A stretch of DNA of 64,000 nt from Thermoanaerobaculia bacterium (GTDB lineage: Bacteria; Acidobacteriota; Thermoanaerobaculia; Multivoradales; Multivoraceae). The first letter of the stretch is position 1. Each line of letters begins with the position of its first letter. The stretch is taken from NCBI GenBank assembly GCA_963664405.1, contig OY761158.1:2912001-2976000 (forward strand), in the 5' to 3' direction. The notes under the pieces are model-generated. The model was not told where the DNA came from, did no database searches, and saw only the letters and a program-made list of their open reading frames with translations. The position numbers and the translations under genes are program-made. Below, piece by piece: positions 37,567 through 46,770 of the stretch.

Positions 37567-38670
37567 ATGCGACTGCCTTCTCTGACCATCGGAATCGAAG
37601 AAGAGTACCAGATCATCGACCCCGCTACGGGGGAGCTCAAGTCCTACGTTCAGGAGCTTTTGGAGCAGGGTCGATGGGTGCTGAAGGACCAGATTCAGGC
37701 CGAGCTGATGCAGTCGCAGATCGAGGTGGGAAGCCGGATCTGCCACAACGTCAAAGAGGCCAGAGCCGAGATGGTCCGTCTGCGAAGCTCGGTGTGGGAA
37801 CTGGCCGAAGAGAACGGGTTGAAGATGGCGGCGGCGAGCACCCATCCCTTCTCTCAGTGGTCGGATCAACGTGTCTCGGCCGGCGAGCGCTACAGCAAGC
37901 TCCAGGAAGACTTCGGCGACGTGGCCCGCCGTCTGTTGATCTTCGGCATGCACATCCACATCGGCATCGAAGACCGGGAGCTTCTGATCGACGTCATGAA
38001 CCAGGCGCAGTACTTCCTGCCTCACGTGCTGGCGCTCTCCACCAGCTCGCCGTTCTGGCACGGCCGCCACACCGGGCTCAAGTCCTACCGCTCTGTCGTC
38101 TTCGAGAACCTGCCACGCTCCGGGCTAGCTCCCACGTTCAAGTCCTGGGCGGAGTACGAAAGCTTCATCGACACTTTGATCAAGACCAATTGCATCGATG
38201 AGGCCACCAAGATCTGGTGGGATGTGCGGCCGCACCCCAAATTCAGCACTCTCGAGTTCCGAATCTGCGACATCTGCACGCGCATAGACGACGCGATCTG
38301 CATTACCGCGCTCCTGCAGGCGATTGTCGCCAAGCTCATCCAGCTGCGCTGGAACAACACTTCGTGGCGTCTCTACCCGCGCCACCTCATCACCGAAAAC
38401 AAGTGGCGGGCGGTGCGCTACGGCATCGACGGTAAGTTGGTCGACTTCGGCAAGCAGCAGGAAGTGCCGGTGCGAGAGCTACTGCCCGAGCTCATCGAGA
38501 TCCTCGACGACGTGCTCGACGAGCTCGACGTGCGCGAAGAAGTCAACTACGTGCATCGCATCCTCGAAGAGGGAACCAGTGCCGATCGTCAGCTCAGGGT
38601 CTTCGAGGAGACCGGGGATCTCGGTGCCGTCATCGACCACCTCGCGGAGGAGAGTCGGGAGGGGTTTTGA
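37567..38670 (+). CDS. ybdK: Carboxylate-amine ligase / glutamate--cysteine ligase 2 (YbdK family)
   Basis: TIGIEEEYQ, FGMHIHIG, SSPFW, IWWDVRPHP, LEFRICD, ENKWRAVRYG. Confidence 0.92.
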   Translation: MRLPSLTIGIEEEYQIIDPATGELKSYVQELLEQGRWVLKDQIQAELMQSQIEVGSRICHNVKEARAEMVRLRSSVWELAEENGLKMAAASTHPFSQWSDQRVSAGERYSKLQEDFGDVARRLLIFGMHIHIGIEDRELLIDVMNQAQYFLPHVLALSTSSPFWHGRHTGLKSYRSVVFENLPRSGLAPTFKSWAEYESFIDTLIKTNCIDEATKIWWDVRPHPKFSTLEFRICDICTRIDDAICITALLQAIVAKLIQLRWNNTSWRLYPRHLITENKWRAVRYGIDGKLVDFGKQQEVPVRELLPELIEILDDVLDELDVREEVNYVHRILEEGTSADRQLRVFEETGDLGAVIDHLAEESREGF

Positions 38671-38842
38671 GGAAGTGAGGAGTGAAGAAGTGAAGAAGTG
38701 AAAGAGTGAGAGAAGGGTAGTGGCTCACTCAAACTGAGCCACTACCGAGAGAAGGGAGTGGTGTACTTGACTCATCTCCTCGACAACTGCCCGCTTTGTC
38801 TCCTTCCTTTCATTCCTTCACTTTTTCACTCTCTCACTTCCC
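38671..38842. repeat. 8-mer arrays A (purine, 38671-38713) and B (pyrimidine, 38801-38842) enclosing a 12-bp perfect hairpin
   Basis: A: AGTGAAGA/AGTGAAAG/AGTGAGAG units; B: complementary units; GGTAGTGGCTCA-N7-TGAGCCACTACC at 38716-38746. Confidence 0.9.
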
Positions 38843-38883
38843 CAGAACCTGGTGCGAGGTTGAGGGCGGCTGGTTCGTCTCTT

Positions 38884-39301
38884 ATGGGTAGATGACGGAA
38901 CGAGGCTCTTCCTTATGCACGGCGTTTCGAGGATCTGGTGGTGGTACCAGAGTGCTCTTTGCGTCAGCCAAGAGATCTTCGAGACAACGAAGAGGTTCCC
39001 GTTGGAAGAGCGCTACTCGCTGACGGATCAGATCCGACGGGCGTCAAGAAGCGTAGGTGCCCGGATTGCCGAGGCATGGGGCAAAAGGCGCTAACAGCCG
39101 CCACTTCATCTCCAAGATCTCCGACGCCATCGCGAGAGTCTCGAGGCTCAGCACTGGCTCCGTGTAGCCAGAAACTGCGGCTATCTCGAAGAACGCGAGG
39201 CGGACGCCCTCCTCTACACGCTTGACGAGATCGGGCAGATGCTCCGCTCGATGATTCGCCAAGCGCCCAGCTTCTGCCAACCGAGTGAGAGTGGGAAGTG
39301 A
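38884..39301 (+). pseudogene. Second four-helix-bundle gene with multiple indels
   Basis: Colinear with 35291..35680 (FEDLVV, EERYSLTDQIRRASRS, AEAWGKRR, SKISDA, QHWLRVAR, CGYLEE, LDEIG) but has at least 3 frameshifts; stop lies in repeat array C. Confidence 0.88.
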
Positions 39302-39449
39302 GAGAGTAAAAGAGTAAAAGAGGGAAAGAGAAAAGAGCGAAAGGGTAAGAGACTTCCTCGCACTTCGTTGCTCTTTCACTCTCTTACTTCTGACCTTCCC
39401 TCCCTTACTCTTTTACTCTTTCACTTCTTCACTCTTTCACTTCTTCAAC
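39283..39449. repeat. 8-mer arrays C (purine, ~39283-39351) and D (pyrimidine, ~39370-39449)
   Basis: C: AGTGAGAG/AGTAAAAG units; D: CTTTCACT/CTTTTACT/TCTTCACT units; D abuts the gshB stop. Confidence 0.9.
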
Positions 39450-40427
39450 TCACCCAATACCCAGCCTCGCCCCGTAAGACTCCTCCCCCGACGACCACCG
39501 CGCCTCAACCGCATCGAGTACGTCCTTCTCGATCGCCGGACCGCCGAGATTGACGATCTCGCGGATGCCGGTCGGGCTGGTGACGTTCACTTCGGTCAGG
39601 AAGTCGCCGATGATGTCGACGCCGGCAAAGACGATGCCCATGGCGCGCAGGAGGGGCCCTACGCTGTTGCAGATCTCGAGGTCGCGCTCGCTCAGCTCGG
39701 TCTTGACGGCGACGCCGCCGGCGTGAAAATTGGCCCGGGCCTCGGTGGCCGATGGGACGCGGAGGACGGCTCCCTTGGCGACACCTTCGACCAGGATCAC
39801 TCGCTTGTCGCCCTCGCGCACTTCAGGGATGTAGCGCTGGGCCATGATCAGTTCTGTCTCTTTCTGGGTCGCCATCTCCAAGATCGCCTTGACGTTGCGG
39901 TCGTGCGGAGTGAGATGGAAGACGCCCTCACCCCCGGCGCCGCCGAGTGGCTTGATGATCATCTCGCCCTCGAGCTCCTCGCGGAAGGCGAGGAGCTCGG
40001 CGATGCGACTGGTGACCATGGTCCGCGGGCACAGATCGGGAAAGCGCAGAGCGACCAGCTTCTCGTTGGCGTCGCGCAGGGCCAGAGGGTCATTGACCAC
40101 CAGTGCCGGCGGCTGTACCAGAGAAAGCAGATGGGTGGCGTAGAAGAAGCGTAGATCGAAGGGCGGGTCTTTACGCATCCAGACCACGTCGAACTCGTCG
40201 AGGAAGCGGGACTGCTCTTCGCCTAGCAAGTACCAGTTCGGGCCGTGGGAGACCTCGATCGTCGAAACATGGGCGAAGGGGCGGCCCCCGTCGCGCGTAC
40301 CGAGGCCGTCTACCTGACAGATGGAGCTCTGGTGGCCGCGTGCGGAGGCCTCGCGCATGAAGGAGATGGTGGTGTCTGCGTCGGGCAGGAGACGCTCCGG
40401 GGGATCGATGATGAAAAGGTGATTCAT
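39450..40427 (-). CDS. gshB: Glutathione synthetase
   Basis: DTT, MRKDPPFD, NEKL, KPLGGAGGEG, GDKRV, RANFHAGG, TEVNVTSPTG. Confidence 0.95.
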   Translation of the reverse strand: MNHLFIIDPPERLLPDADTTISFMREASARGHQSSICQVDGLGTRDGGRPFAHVSTIEVSHGPNWYLLGEEQSRFLDEFDVVWMRKDPPFDLRFFYATHLLSLVQPPALVVNDPLALRDANEKLVALRFPDLCPRTMVTSRIAELLAFREELEGEMIIKPLGGAGGEGVFHLTPHDRNVKAILEMATQKETELIMAQRYIPEVREGDKRVILVEGVAKGAVLRVPSATEARANFHAGGVAVKTELSERDLEICNSVGPLLRAMGIVFAGVDIIGDFLTEVNVTSPTGIREIVNLGGPAIEKDVLDAVEARWSSGEESYGARLGIG

Positions 40428-41467
40428 GAGTGGGCAATCCTATCGGGGTCGACCCCCAACGCGGCGAAGCGGGAGCGGAAATCCGTTTCCATCTCCGCCT
40501 TGGCTTCCGGGTCGAGAAAAGACTGACGCAGTGCCGCCATCGACAGCGCGGCGAGCTCTGGCGCACCCCAGCCGAAGCAGCGGTTCAGATTCAGGTACTC
40601 CCCGGTCAGCGTGGTGTCGAAGAAGGTAGGGTCGTCCGAGTTGACCGAGATAGGTATACCGGCTTCATGGAGCTTTACGATGGGATGTTCTTCCAGACTC
40701 GGAGCATTGCCCAGGACGACGTTCGAGCTGGGGCAGACTTCGAGGGGGATTCGGTCGGCCGCCAAGGTCTCGATCAAGACTGGGTCTTCGACCGCACCAA
40801 TCCCGTGACCGATACGCTCGGCGAGGCAGTGCTCCAAAGCCGAGCGGATGGAGTCGGGGCCGTCACTCTCGCCGGCGTGGGCGACGCAGTGCAGGCCTTC
40901 TTGTGAGGCCTCCCTGAAATAGCCAGCGAAAGGCTCGTTGGAGTACCCCTTCTCCATCCCGGAGATGCCAAGGGCGATGACACCGCGGCTCTTGCCGTCG
41001 ACTGCCCAGCGCAGAGTCTTGTCGGCGCGGGCTCGCTCCATATTACGCACGATGTCGGGAATGAGCGCCATCCGCACTCCGTAGGCCTTGGCTGCCTCGC
41101 CGGCGGTCTCGCTCAAAGCCGCCAAGACTTCTTCACCGTTGGCGCCGTTTGCCAGATGGGTCGAAATCGTGAAGTGCACTTCGCTGTAGAGGACGTTCTG
41201 CCGCGCTTGCTCCTCGAGGAAGTCCCTGGCGAGCAGCTGGAAATCTTCGGGATCCCTGAGAGTGCTCGAGCACGTGACATAGGTCTCTATAAAGTGACGA
41301 AAGTCGCGAAAACGGAGCCACTGTCGAATGCCGGCTTCGTCTGTTACAGGCAGCGAGACACGATTCTTTTTCGCCAGCTGAAGCAAGGTGGCAGGGCGAA
41401 AGGTGCCCTCGAGATGGATGTGGAGCTCCACCTTGGGCATGTCGAGAAGAAAGGTCCTTATCTGCAT
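40424..41467 (-). CDS. add: Adenosine/adenine deaminase
   Basis: PKVELHIHLEG, HAGE, RIGHG, EVCPSSN, NSDDP; start ATG 41467. Confidence 0.93.
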   Translation of the reverse strand: MQIRTFLLDMPKVELHIHLEGTFRPATLLQLAKKNRVSLPVTDEAGIRQWLRFRDFRHFIETYVTCSSTLRDPEDFQLLARDFLEEQARQNVLYSEVHFTISTHLANGANGEEVLAALSETAGEAAKAYGVRMALIPDIVRNMERARADKTLRWAVDGKSRGVIALGISGMEKGYSNEPFAGYFREASQEGLHCVAHAGESDGPDSIRSALEHCLAERIGHGIGAVEDPVLIETLAADRIPLEVCPSSNVVLGNAPSLEEHPIVKLHEAGIPISVNSDDPTFFDTTLTGEYLNLNRCFGWGAPELAALSMAALRQSFLDPEAKAEMETDFRSRFAALGVDPDRIAHS

Positions 41468-42423
41468 CACTGGGCCCAAGGGAGGCGGTCGAGATCGACG
41501 TTGCCTCCTGAGAGGATGATGCCTACTCGTCGGCCCCTGAAGCTCTCTCGGTTTTCCAGCACCGCTGCCAATGGCACGGCCGCCGAGGGCTCGATGAGGA
41601 TCTTCATCCGCTCCCATACCAGGCGCATGGCTCGAACGATGGCTTCGTCGTCGACTCTCACGATGCTCTCGACCCGCTCCTGGAGAATCGGAAAGGTGAG
41701 CTCTCCTAGAGCCGTCAGTAGGCCATCGGCGATCGTTCTCGGCTCCACCGAAGGCAGGATCTTCCCCTCGGCGAGGGAGCGATAGGCGTCGTCCGCGCCG
41801 GCCGGCTCGGCGCCAAGGACCCGCGTGCCCTCGGCTAGCTCGGAGGCCGTGATGGCGGTCCCGGAGAGCAGCCCACCACCCCCCACCGGGGCCACAACGG
41901 TGTCCAGGTCTGGCACTTCGTCGAGAAGCTCGAGAGCGGCCGTGCCCTGGCCCGCGATGACATCGGAGTGGTTATAGGGATGAATGGGAGTGCAGCCACG
42001 CTCGTCGAGAAGCTGCTCCAGGGCCGATTCCCTGGCGTCCAGCGTGGGCTCGCAGAAGGTGATCTCAGCACCGTAGCCAGCTACGGCTCTCCTCTTCACG
42101 GCCGGCGCCGTTTCCGGCATCACGATGAAGGCGCCGGCGCCTCGGGTGCGACCGGCGAGGGCCAGGGCGGCTGCATGGTTCCCCGAGGAGTGAGTGGCAA
42201 CACCGCGTGCCAGCTCGGTCTGCGACAGCTTCGCGACGGCATTCATCGCGCCGCGAAACTTGAAGGCACCCACTCTCTGGAAGTTCTCGCACTTGAAGAA
42301 AAGTGCGGTATCGGCGATCCGGTCCAGGCCCGTACTGGTCAGAACCGGTGTACGGTGCGCGAAGGGAGCGATCCGCTCTGCGGCGGCGCGAACGTCCTCG
42401 AGGCTGGCACAGAGCTGCGGCAT
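41467..42423 (-). CDS. PLP-dependent Ser/Thr dehydratase / serine racemase family
   Basis: KCENFQRVGAFKFRGA, SSGNHA, PVGGGGL, SGGN. Confidence 0.92.
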   Translation of the reverse strand: MPQLCASLEDVRAAAERIAPFAHRTPVLTSTGLDRIADTALFFKCENFQRVGAFKFRGAMNAVAKLSQTELARGVATHSSGNHAAALALAGRTRGAGAFIVMPETAPAVKRRAVAGYGAEITFCEPTLDARESALEQLLDERGCTPIHPYNHSDVIAGQGTAALELLDEVPDLDTVVAPVGGGGLLSGTAITASELAEGTRVLGAEPAGADDAYRSLAEGKILPSVEPRTIADGLLTALGELTFPILQERVESIVRVDDEAIVRAMRLVWERMKILIEPSAAVPLAAVLENRESFRGRRVGIILSGGNVDLDRLPWAQ

Positions 42424-42449
42424 GAGTGAAGGAAGCTATCATCGTCGCG

Positions 42450-43676
42450 ATGAGTGCCCGATCTCGCTTGCTCCCCGCCATCGGGCCTTTCTTCGCGGTC
42501 TCGGTGGGACATCTCACCATCGACATCTTCAACAGCATGGGTCCTGTGCTTGTCGCCTTTCTGCGGGAGCCCCTTGCTCTCAGCAGCGCCAGGGTCGGGC
42601 TTGCCGTCGGCAGCTATCAGTTGCTTGCCGGTCTTACGCAGCCTCCCTTCGGGTGGCTTGCCGATCGCGTCGGCAGTCGCTGGCTCGGGCCTCTGAGTGT
42701 GGCTTGGACCGTCGGATTCGTCAGCCTGGCGCTGTCGGTGGCGGTGAGAACCGGGAGTTTCTGGCTCTTTCTGCTGATCTTTTCGGTGGCGGCTCTGGGC
42801 TCGGGGGCCTTCCATCCGCAGGGTACGATGCATGCCGCCCGTGCCACGGCGGGGCGGGCCGCGACCACGACCGCGATCTTCTTCCTCTGCGGCCAGGTGG
42901 GTCTGGCTGGTGGCCCGGCGTTGAGTGGGTTGCTCCTCGATCGGGTAGGGGCGCCGGGCATCTATGCCCTGGCGCTACTCACCCTACCGAGCATTCTCTT
43001 GATGAAGTTCGGGCTTCGAGAGAGTGGGAGTGCGCCGTTGGCGAGCGAGCCGTCCCCCCGAGGGGCGAGGTCCCACAACTCCAGCGGAGTGGTTGTCGCC
43101 GTGCTTTTTGTGATCTTGACCTGCCGAGGCTGGGTGCTCATCGGTACCGCGGCATTCCTTCCAGTGATCTTCGAGAACGCGGGGTGGACCGCCACGAGCT
43201 ACGGCGCTCTGACCGGGTTCTTCTGGCTTGGCGCCGGCATTTCAGGGGTGATGGCGGGCCGCCTCTCCGACGCCATCGGAAGGCGACCGGTGCTCTCGCT
43301 CAGCACCCTTGCCGGCGGCCTGCTTCTGCTCTGGCTGCCGGTGAGCTCCGGCGGAATGGCTTTCGTTGTCGCGCTCGCCACCGGAGCCTTGCTCGGTGCG
43401 GGTCACAGCATCCTGATCGTAATGGCCCAGGCGCTGCTGCCGGTTCGGCAGGGCCTGGCCTCGGGTCTGGCCTTGGGCTACCTGTTCGGGAGTGGGGCGA
43501 TCGCCAGCATGATTATCGGAGTGCTTGCGGACGTCTGGACCTTGCCTCGCGTGATTCAAGGCGGGGCGGCACTCGGAATGCTTGCTGCGGTGCTCACCTT
43601 GTTGCTGCCGGCCAGCGGGCGTTCCCGTCCGCTGCGGACGGCTTCGACTGGACCGCTGCCGACGGAAAGCCTGTAG
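42450..43676 (+). CDS. MFS transporter (Fsr-like)
   Basis: QPPFGWLADRVG, GSGAFHP, GRLSDAIGRR. Confidence 0.88.
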   Translation: MSARSRLLPAIGPFFAVSVGHLTIDIFNSMGPVLVAFLREPLALSSARVGLAVGSYQLLAGLTQPPFGWLADRVGSRWLGPLSVAWTVGFVSLALSVAVRTGSFWLFLLIFSVAALGSGAFHPQGTMHAARATAGRAATTTAIFFLCGQVGLAGGPALSGLLLDRVGAPGIYALALLTLPSILLMKFGLRESGSAPLASEPSPRGARSHNSSGVVVAVLFVILTCRGWVLIGTAAFLPVIFENAGWTATSYGALTGFFWLGAGISGVMAGRLSDAIGRRPVLSLSTLAGGLLLLWLPVSSGGMAFVVALATGALLGAGHSILIVMAQALLPVRQGLASGLALGYLFGSGAIASMIIGVLADVWTLPRVIQGGAALGMLAAVLTLLLPASGRSRPLRTASTGPLPTESL

Positions 43677-43680
43677 ATGG

Positions 43681-43713
43681 AAAAAAAGGGAGGCCGACTG
43701 AGCGACCTCCCTT
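43681..43713 (-). terminator. Rho-independent terminator for the nuclease gene (possibly bidirectional)
   Basis: AAGGGAGG...CCTCCCTT stem with A7 on the plus strand (U7 tail on the minus strand). Confidence 0.8.
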
Positions 43714-43735
43714 CGATGCTGACTTGCAGGGGCGC

Positions 43736-44206
43736 TTAGGTGCTCTTGCGATGCTCCCACGGGGGACTGGGGTTCTGGTAGGCCCATAGTCCCTGGCCGG
43801 CGTCCTTCGCCTTGGCTTGGGACTCCCGATGTGAGGCAGGACCGCCGTCGGTGGCCCAGGCGTGTCCGCTGGCGACCAGGCTAGTGGCCAGATCTTTGCC
43901 GTCGACCGAGACGCGCGCCACAACAGACCTGCCGTTTGTAGTTTCGAGCACCTGCACGGTCACTTTCTTACCTCGAGTGATCTCGCGCACATGGTCACGA
44001 GCGGCAGGGCCGAATTCCTGGGACAGCTCGGGGGCGTCGATACCCGCCAGCTGAACGACGTATTTACCGACGACGATCGTGTCGCCATCGCTGACGCTAC
44101 GGACCTTTGCGGTGAAGGAGTCGCCCGCAATCAATGGCAGCGAGGTGAGGAGGAAGAGAGAGGCGACAACGGCTGCAGTGCGCAACGGAAACGTGTGATG
44201 AGTCAT
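43736..44206 (-). CDS. Thermonuclease (SNase) family secreted protein
   Basis: Signal peptide; SDGDTI, LAGIDAPE, AGQGLW..PPWE; some catalytic Arg positions look altered. Confidence 0.85.
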   Translation of the reverse strand: MTHHTFPLRTAAVVASLFLLTSLPLIAGDSFTAKVRSVSDGDTIVVGKYVVQLAGIDAPELSQEFGPAARDHVREITRGKKVTVQVLETTNGRSVVARVSVDGKDLATSLVASGHAWATDGGPASHRESQAKAKDAGQGLWAYQNPSPPWEHRKST

Positions 44207-44296
44207 GTAAGGAGACCTCCTTGAGTTCGTGGTGACTTTCACTGTCACCCCTACTAACGAGTCAGGAGGACTCAGGTTCCGTTCGAAGAAGACCTT

Positions 44297-46009
44297 TTAC
44301 AGAACGTTTGCATCTTCGCCGATGAGCTTAGGACGCACGAAAGGGTCGAGCGCCAGGGCCAGGCCGACGCAGAGAGCGCATCCGATGACGTTCCACCACA
44401 AGAAAGCGATGTCCGCGAAGCTGAAGACGGCGATGATCGTTGCCTCAGCGATCAGTGCGGCAATGAAGGTCGCGTTGCTCGAGACTTTCTTGGCGTAAAA
44501 GGCGAGGAGGAAGATCCCGAGGATGGTTCCGTAGAAGATCGAGCCCAGCAGGTTTACCGCTACGATCAAGCTGCCAAGACGACTCGCGGTTTCGCCAAAG
44601 AGTATCGCTGCCAGTCCCCAAAAGACGGTTGCCAGCTTCGAGACCGCCACGTAGTGCGCGTCGCTCGCCTCCTTGCGGAGTATCCGACGATATACGTCGA
44701 TCACGGTCGTCGACGCCAGAGCGTTGAGCTCCGAGGAGGCGGACGACATCGCGGCGAAGAGGATGGCGGCGAAAAGAAGACCAACGAGGCCTACCGGCAG
44801 GTGGTCGATCACGAAAGTGAGGAAGATGTAGTTCCGATCCTGCGGATTCATCTCTGGATCGCGATCGACCATGACTCCGATGGCCTCTTCGCGGATGTCG
44901 ACCATTACCTGATCGGCCTCGATGAGCCTTGCGCGCGCAGCGTCCTTTCCATCCGAATCACCGCTATCGAGGGCGCTGAGGAGGCCTTCGACCTCTTGCC
45001 TGCGGCTCTCGAAGGCCGTTTCGTAGTCGTTCTCGAGAGCTCGTATCTCGGCACCGATCTCGCTCTCGCGCGCGGCCTGGGTATCGACGCGATTGAAGAA
45101 GAGCGGCGGCGCGGAGAACTGGTAGAAGACGAAGACCATGGCGCCGAGGAAGAGAATCGCGAACTGCATCGGGATCTTGACGGCGGCGTTGAATAACAAT
45201 CCACGGCGCATTTGCCCCACCGAGCTTCCCGCCAGATATCTCTGGACCTGGGACTGATCGGTGCCGAAATAGGAGAGGGCGAGAAAAGTGCCACCGAGAA
45301 GGCCCGACCAGAAGTTGAACTCCGTGTTCATGTCGAAGCGGAAGTCCATGACGTTCAGGCGTCCCATGCTGCCGGCGATCCGAGTCGCGTCGAGCAGAGA
45401 GACGTGGTCCGGTAGTTGGTACAGCAAGGTGATGAAGGCGGCGATCATGCCGACGGTTATCACCAGCATCTGGTGGAACTGGGTCCAGCTAACGGCGCGG
45501 CTACCGCCGAGTGTCGTGTAGGTGATCACCGCAACGCCGACCGCAACGATCGTGGAGCTCAGGCTGATTTCGAGAATCGTGGAGATAATCAGGGCCGGGG
45601 CGAAGATCGAGATGCCTGCCGCCAGGCTGCGGCCGGCGAGAAAGAGGAGCGCGGCGAGAGACCGCACCTTCAGATCGAAACGAGTTTCGAGGAACTCATA
45701 GGCCGTATAAACCTGTAGCCGATGGTAGAGCGGGACTACCGTGATGCAGATGATTACCATGGCTATCGGCAGACCCATATAGATCTGCACGTAGCGCATG
45801 CCGTCGACAAAGGCTTGGCCCGGGGCCGACAGGAAAGTCACCGCGCTCGCCTGTGTGGCCATCACTGAGAGGGCGACCGCGTACCAGGGCAGCTCTCGCC
45901 CGGCGAGGAGATAGCCGGCCATGGTCGTGTCGCGGCGCCCTTTCCAGACCCCGTAGAGGACGATGCTGAGCACCGCCAGAACCATGACTACCCAGTCGAG
46001 CGGCCTCAT
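44297..46009 (-). CDS. Sodium:solute symporter
   Basis: YLLAGR, TAYEFLETRF, YFGTDQSQVQRY, AAMSS. Confidence 0.93.
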   Translation of the reverse strand: MRPLDWVVMVLAVLSIVLYGVWKGRRDTTMAGYLLAGRELPWYAVALSVMATQASAVTFLSAPGQAFVDGMRYVQIYMGLPIAMVIICITVVPLYHRLQVYTAYEFLETRFDLKVRSLAALLFLAGRSLAAGISIFAPALIISTILEISLSSTIVAVGVAVITYTTLGGSRAVSWTQFHQMLVITVGMIAAFITLLYQLPDHVSLLDATRIAGSMGRLNVMDFRFDMNTEFNFWSGLLGGTFLALSYFGTDQSQVQRYLAGSSVGQMRRGLLFNAAVKIPMQFAILFLGAMVFVFYQFSAPPLFFNRVDTQAARESEIGAEIRALENDYETAFESRRQEVEGLLSALDSGDSDGKDAARARLIEADQVMVDIREEAIGVMVDRDPEMNPQDRNYIFLTFVIDHLPVGLVGLLFAAILFAAMSSASSELNALASTTVIDVYRRILRKEASDAHYVAVSKLATVFWGLAAILFGETASRLGSLIVAVNLLGSIFYGTILGIFLLAFYAKKVSSNATFIAALIAEATIIAVFSFADIAFLWWNVIGCALCVGLALALDPFVRPKLIGEDANVL

Positions 46010-46152
46010 TCGAAGACCTTGGTGACGATCGTGAAGACGACAATCCAGAAGACGAGCATGCCAAGGACCAAAGCGTAGGCTCGGTTCCAGCTGCCGAGAG
46101 GCACCTTCTCGACGTCTTCAGCTTTCTCCGGAGTCTCGCCCTCTTCTTTCAT
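46006..46152 (-). CDS. 48-aa single-TM protein translationally coupled to the symporter
   Basis: MKEEGETPEKAEDVEKVPLGSWNRAYALVLGMLVFWIVVFTIVTKVFE*; ATGA overlap; below the ORF-track cutoff. Confidence 0.75.
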   Translation of the reverse strand: MKEEGETPEKAEDVEKVPLGSWNRAYALVLGMLVFWIVVFTIVTKVFE

Positions 46153-46197
46153 CCTCGTGATGGTCTCACACCGCGAGTCGGTACTCCCGATCAGGTG

Positions 46198-46746
46198 TCA
46201 GCGGCGTGCGATGTGGGCCGGGCGAGCGTTGCTCGACGACTCTCGGTGGGCGGCATAGACACCGTCATTCTGGGGCAGGGGCAGGCCCGCCGACAATAGG
46301 GCCGTGTAGGCGCCGAGGCAGACGACGTTGGCGAGGTTCAGACTGCGCACGCCGGTGCGCACAGGTATGTAGACGCGCCTCCCCGGGTGGCTCTCGAGTA
46401 GCTCGGTCGGGAGCCCCTTGGACTCGCTCCCGAAGCAGAGCAGGTCGTCGCTGTCGAAATCCGTTGTGAAGAGGGAACTGCCGCCCCGCGCAGAAAAGAG
46501 CCGAAGGCGCTGGGCCAGCTGTCCTCCGTGCCCTTTGGACAACGCCTGTGCTGCACTCTCCCAATCGCGGTGCACGACAAGGTCGACGAGGGGCCAATAA
46601 TCGAGCCCCGCCCGTTTGAGGTGGCGGTCGTCCAGAGAAAACCCGAGCGGTTCCACCAGATTCAGGCGCAGACCAGTGGCCGCGGCCAGACGTGCCGCGC
46701 AGCCGGTGTTGTGGGGTATCTCCGGGTGGATTAGGACCAGCTCCAC
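46198..46746 (-). CDS. trmL: tRNA (cytidine/uridine-34 2'-O)-methyltransferase
   Basis: PEIPHNTG, LVEPLGF, KRAGLDYW, FGSESKGLP, RSLNLAN. Confidence 0.93.
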   Translation of the reverse strand: MELVLIHPEIPHNTGCAARLAAATGLRLNLVEPLGFSLDDRHLKRAGLDYWPLVDLVVHRDWESAAQALSKGHGGQLAQRLRLFSARGGSSLFTTDFDSDDLLCFGSESKGLPTELLESHPGRRVYIPVRTGVRSLNLANVVCLGAYTALLSAGLPLPQNDGVYAAHRESSSNARPAHIARR

Positions 46747-46770
46747 TGCGGCGCCTTTACTCCAGCGCGG

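Noticed and set aside
37510-38070. N-terminal extension of ggt (774-aa ORF)
   Set aside because: Antisense overlap with ybdK; SD and signal peptide support the start at 37509
35210-39449. CRISPR array or diversity-generating retroelement
   Set aside because: Repeats are spacer-less 7/8-mers; no cas genes or reverse transcriptase; differences between the two paralogues are not adenine-specific
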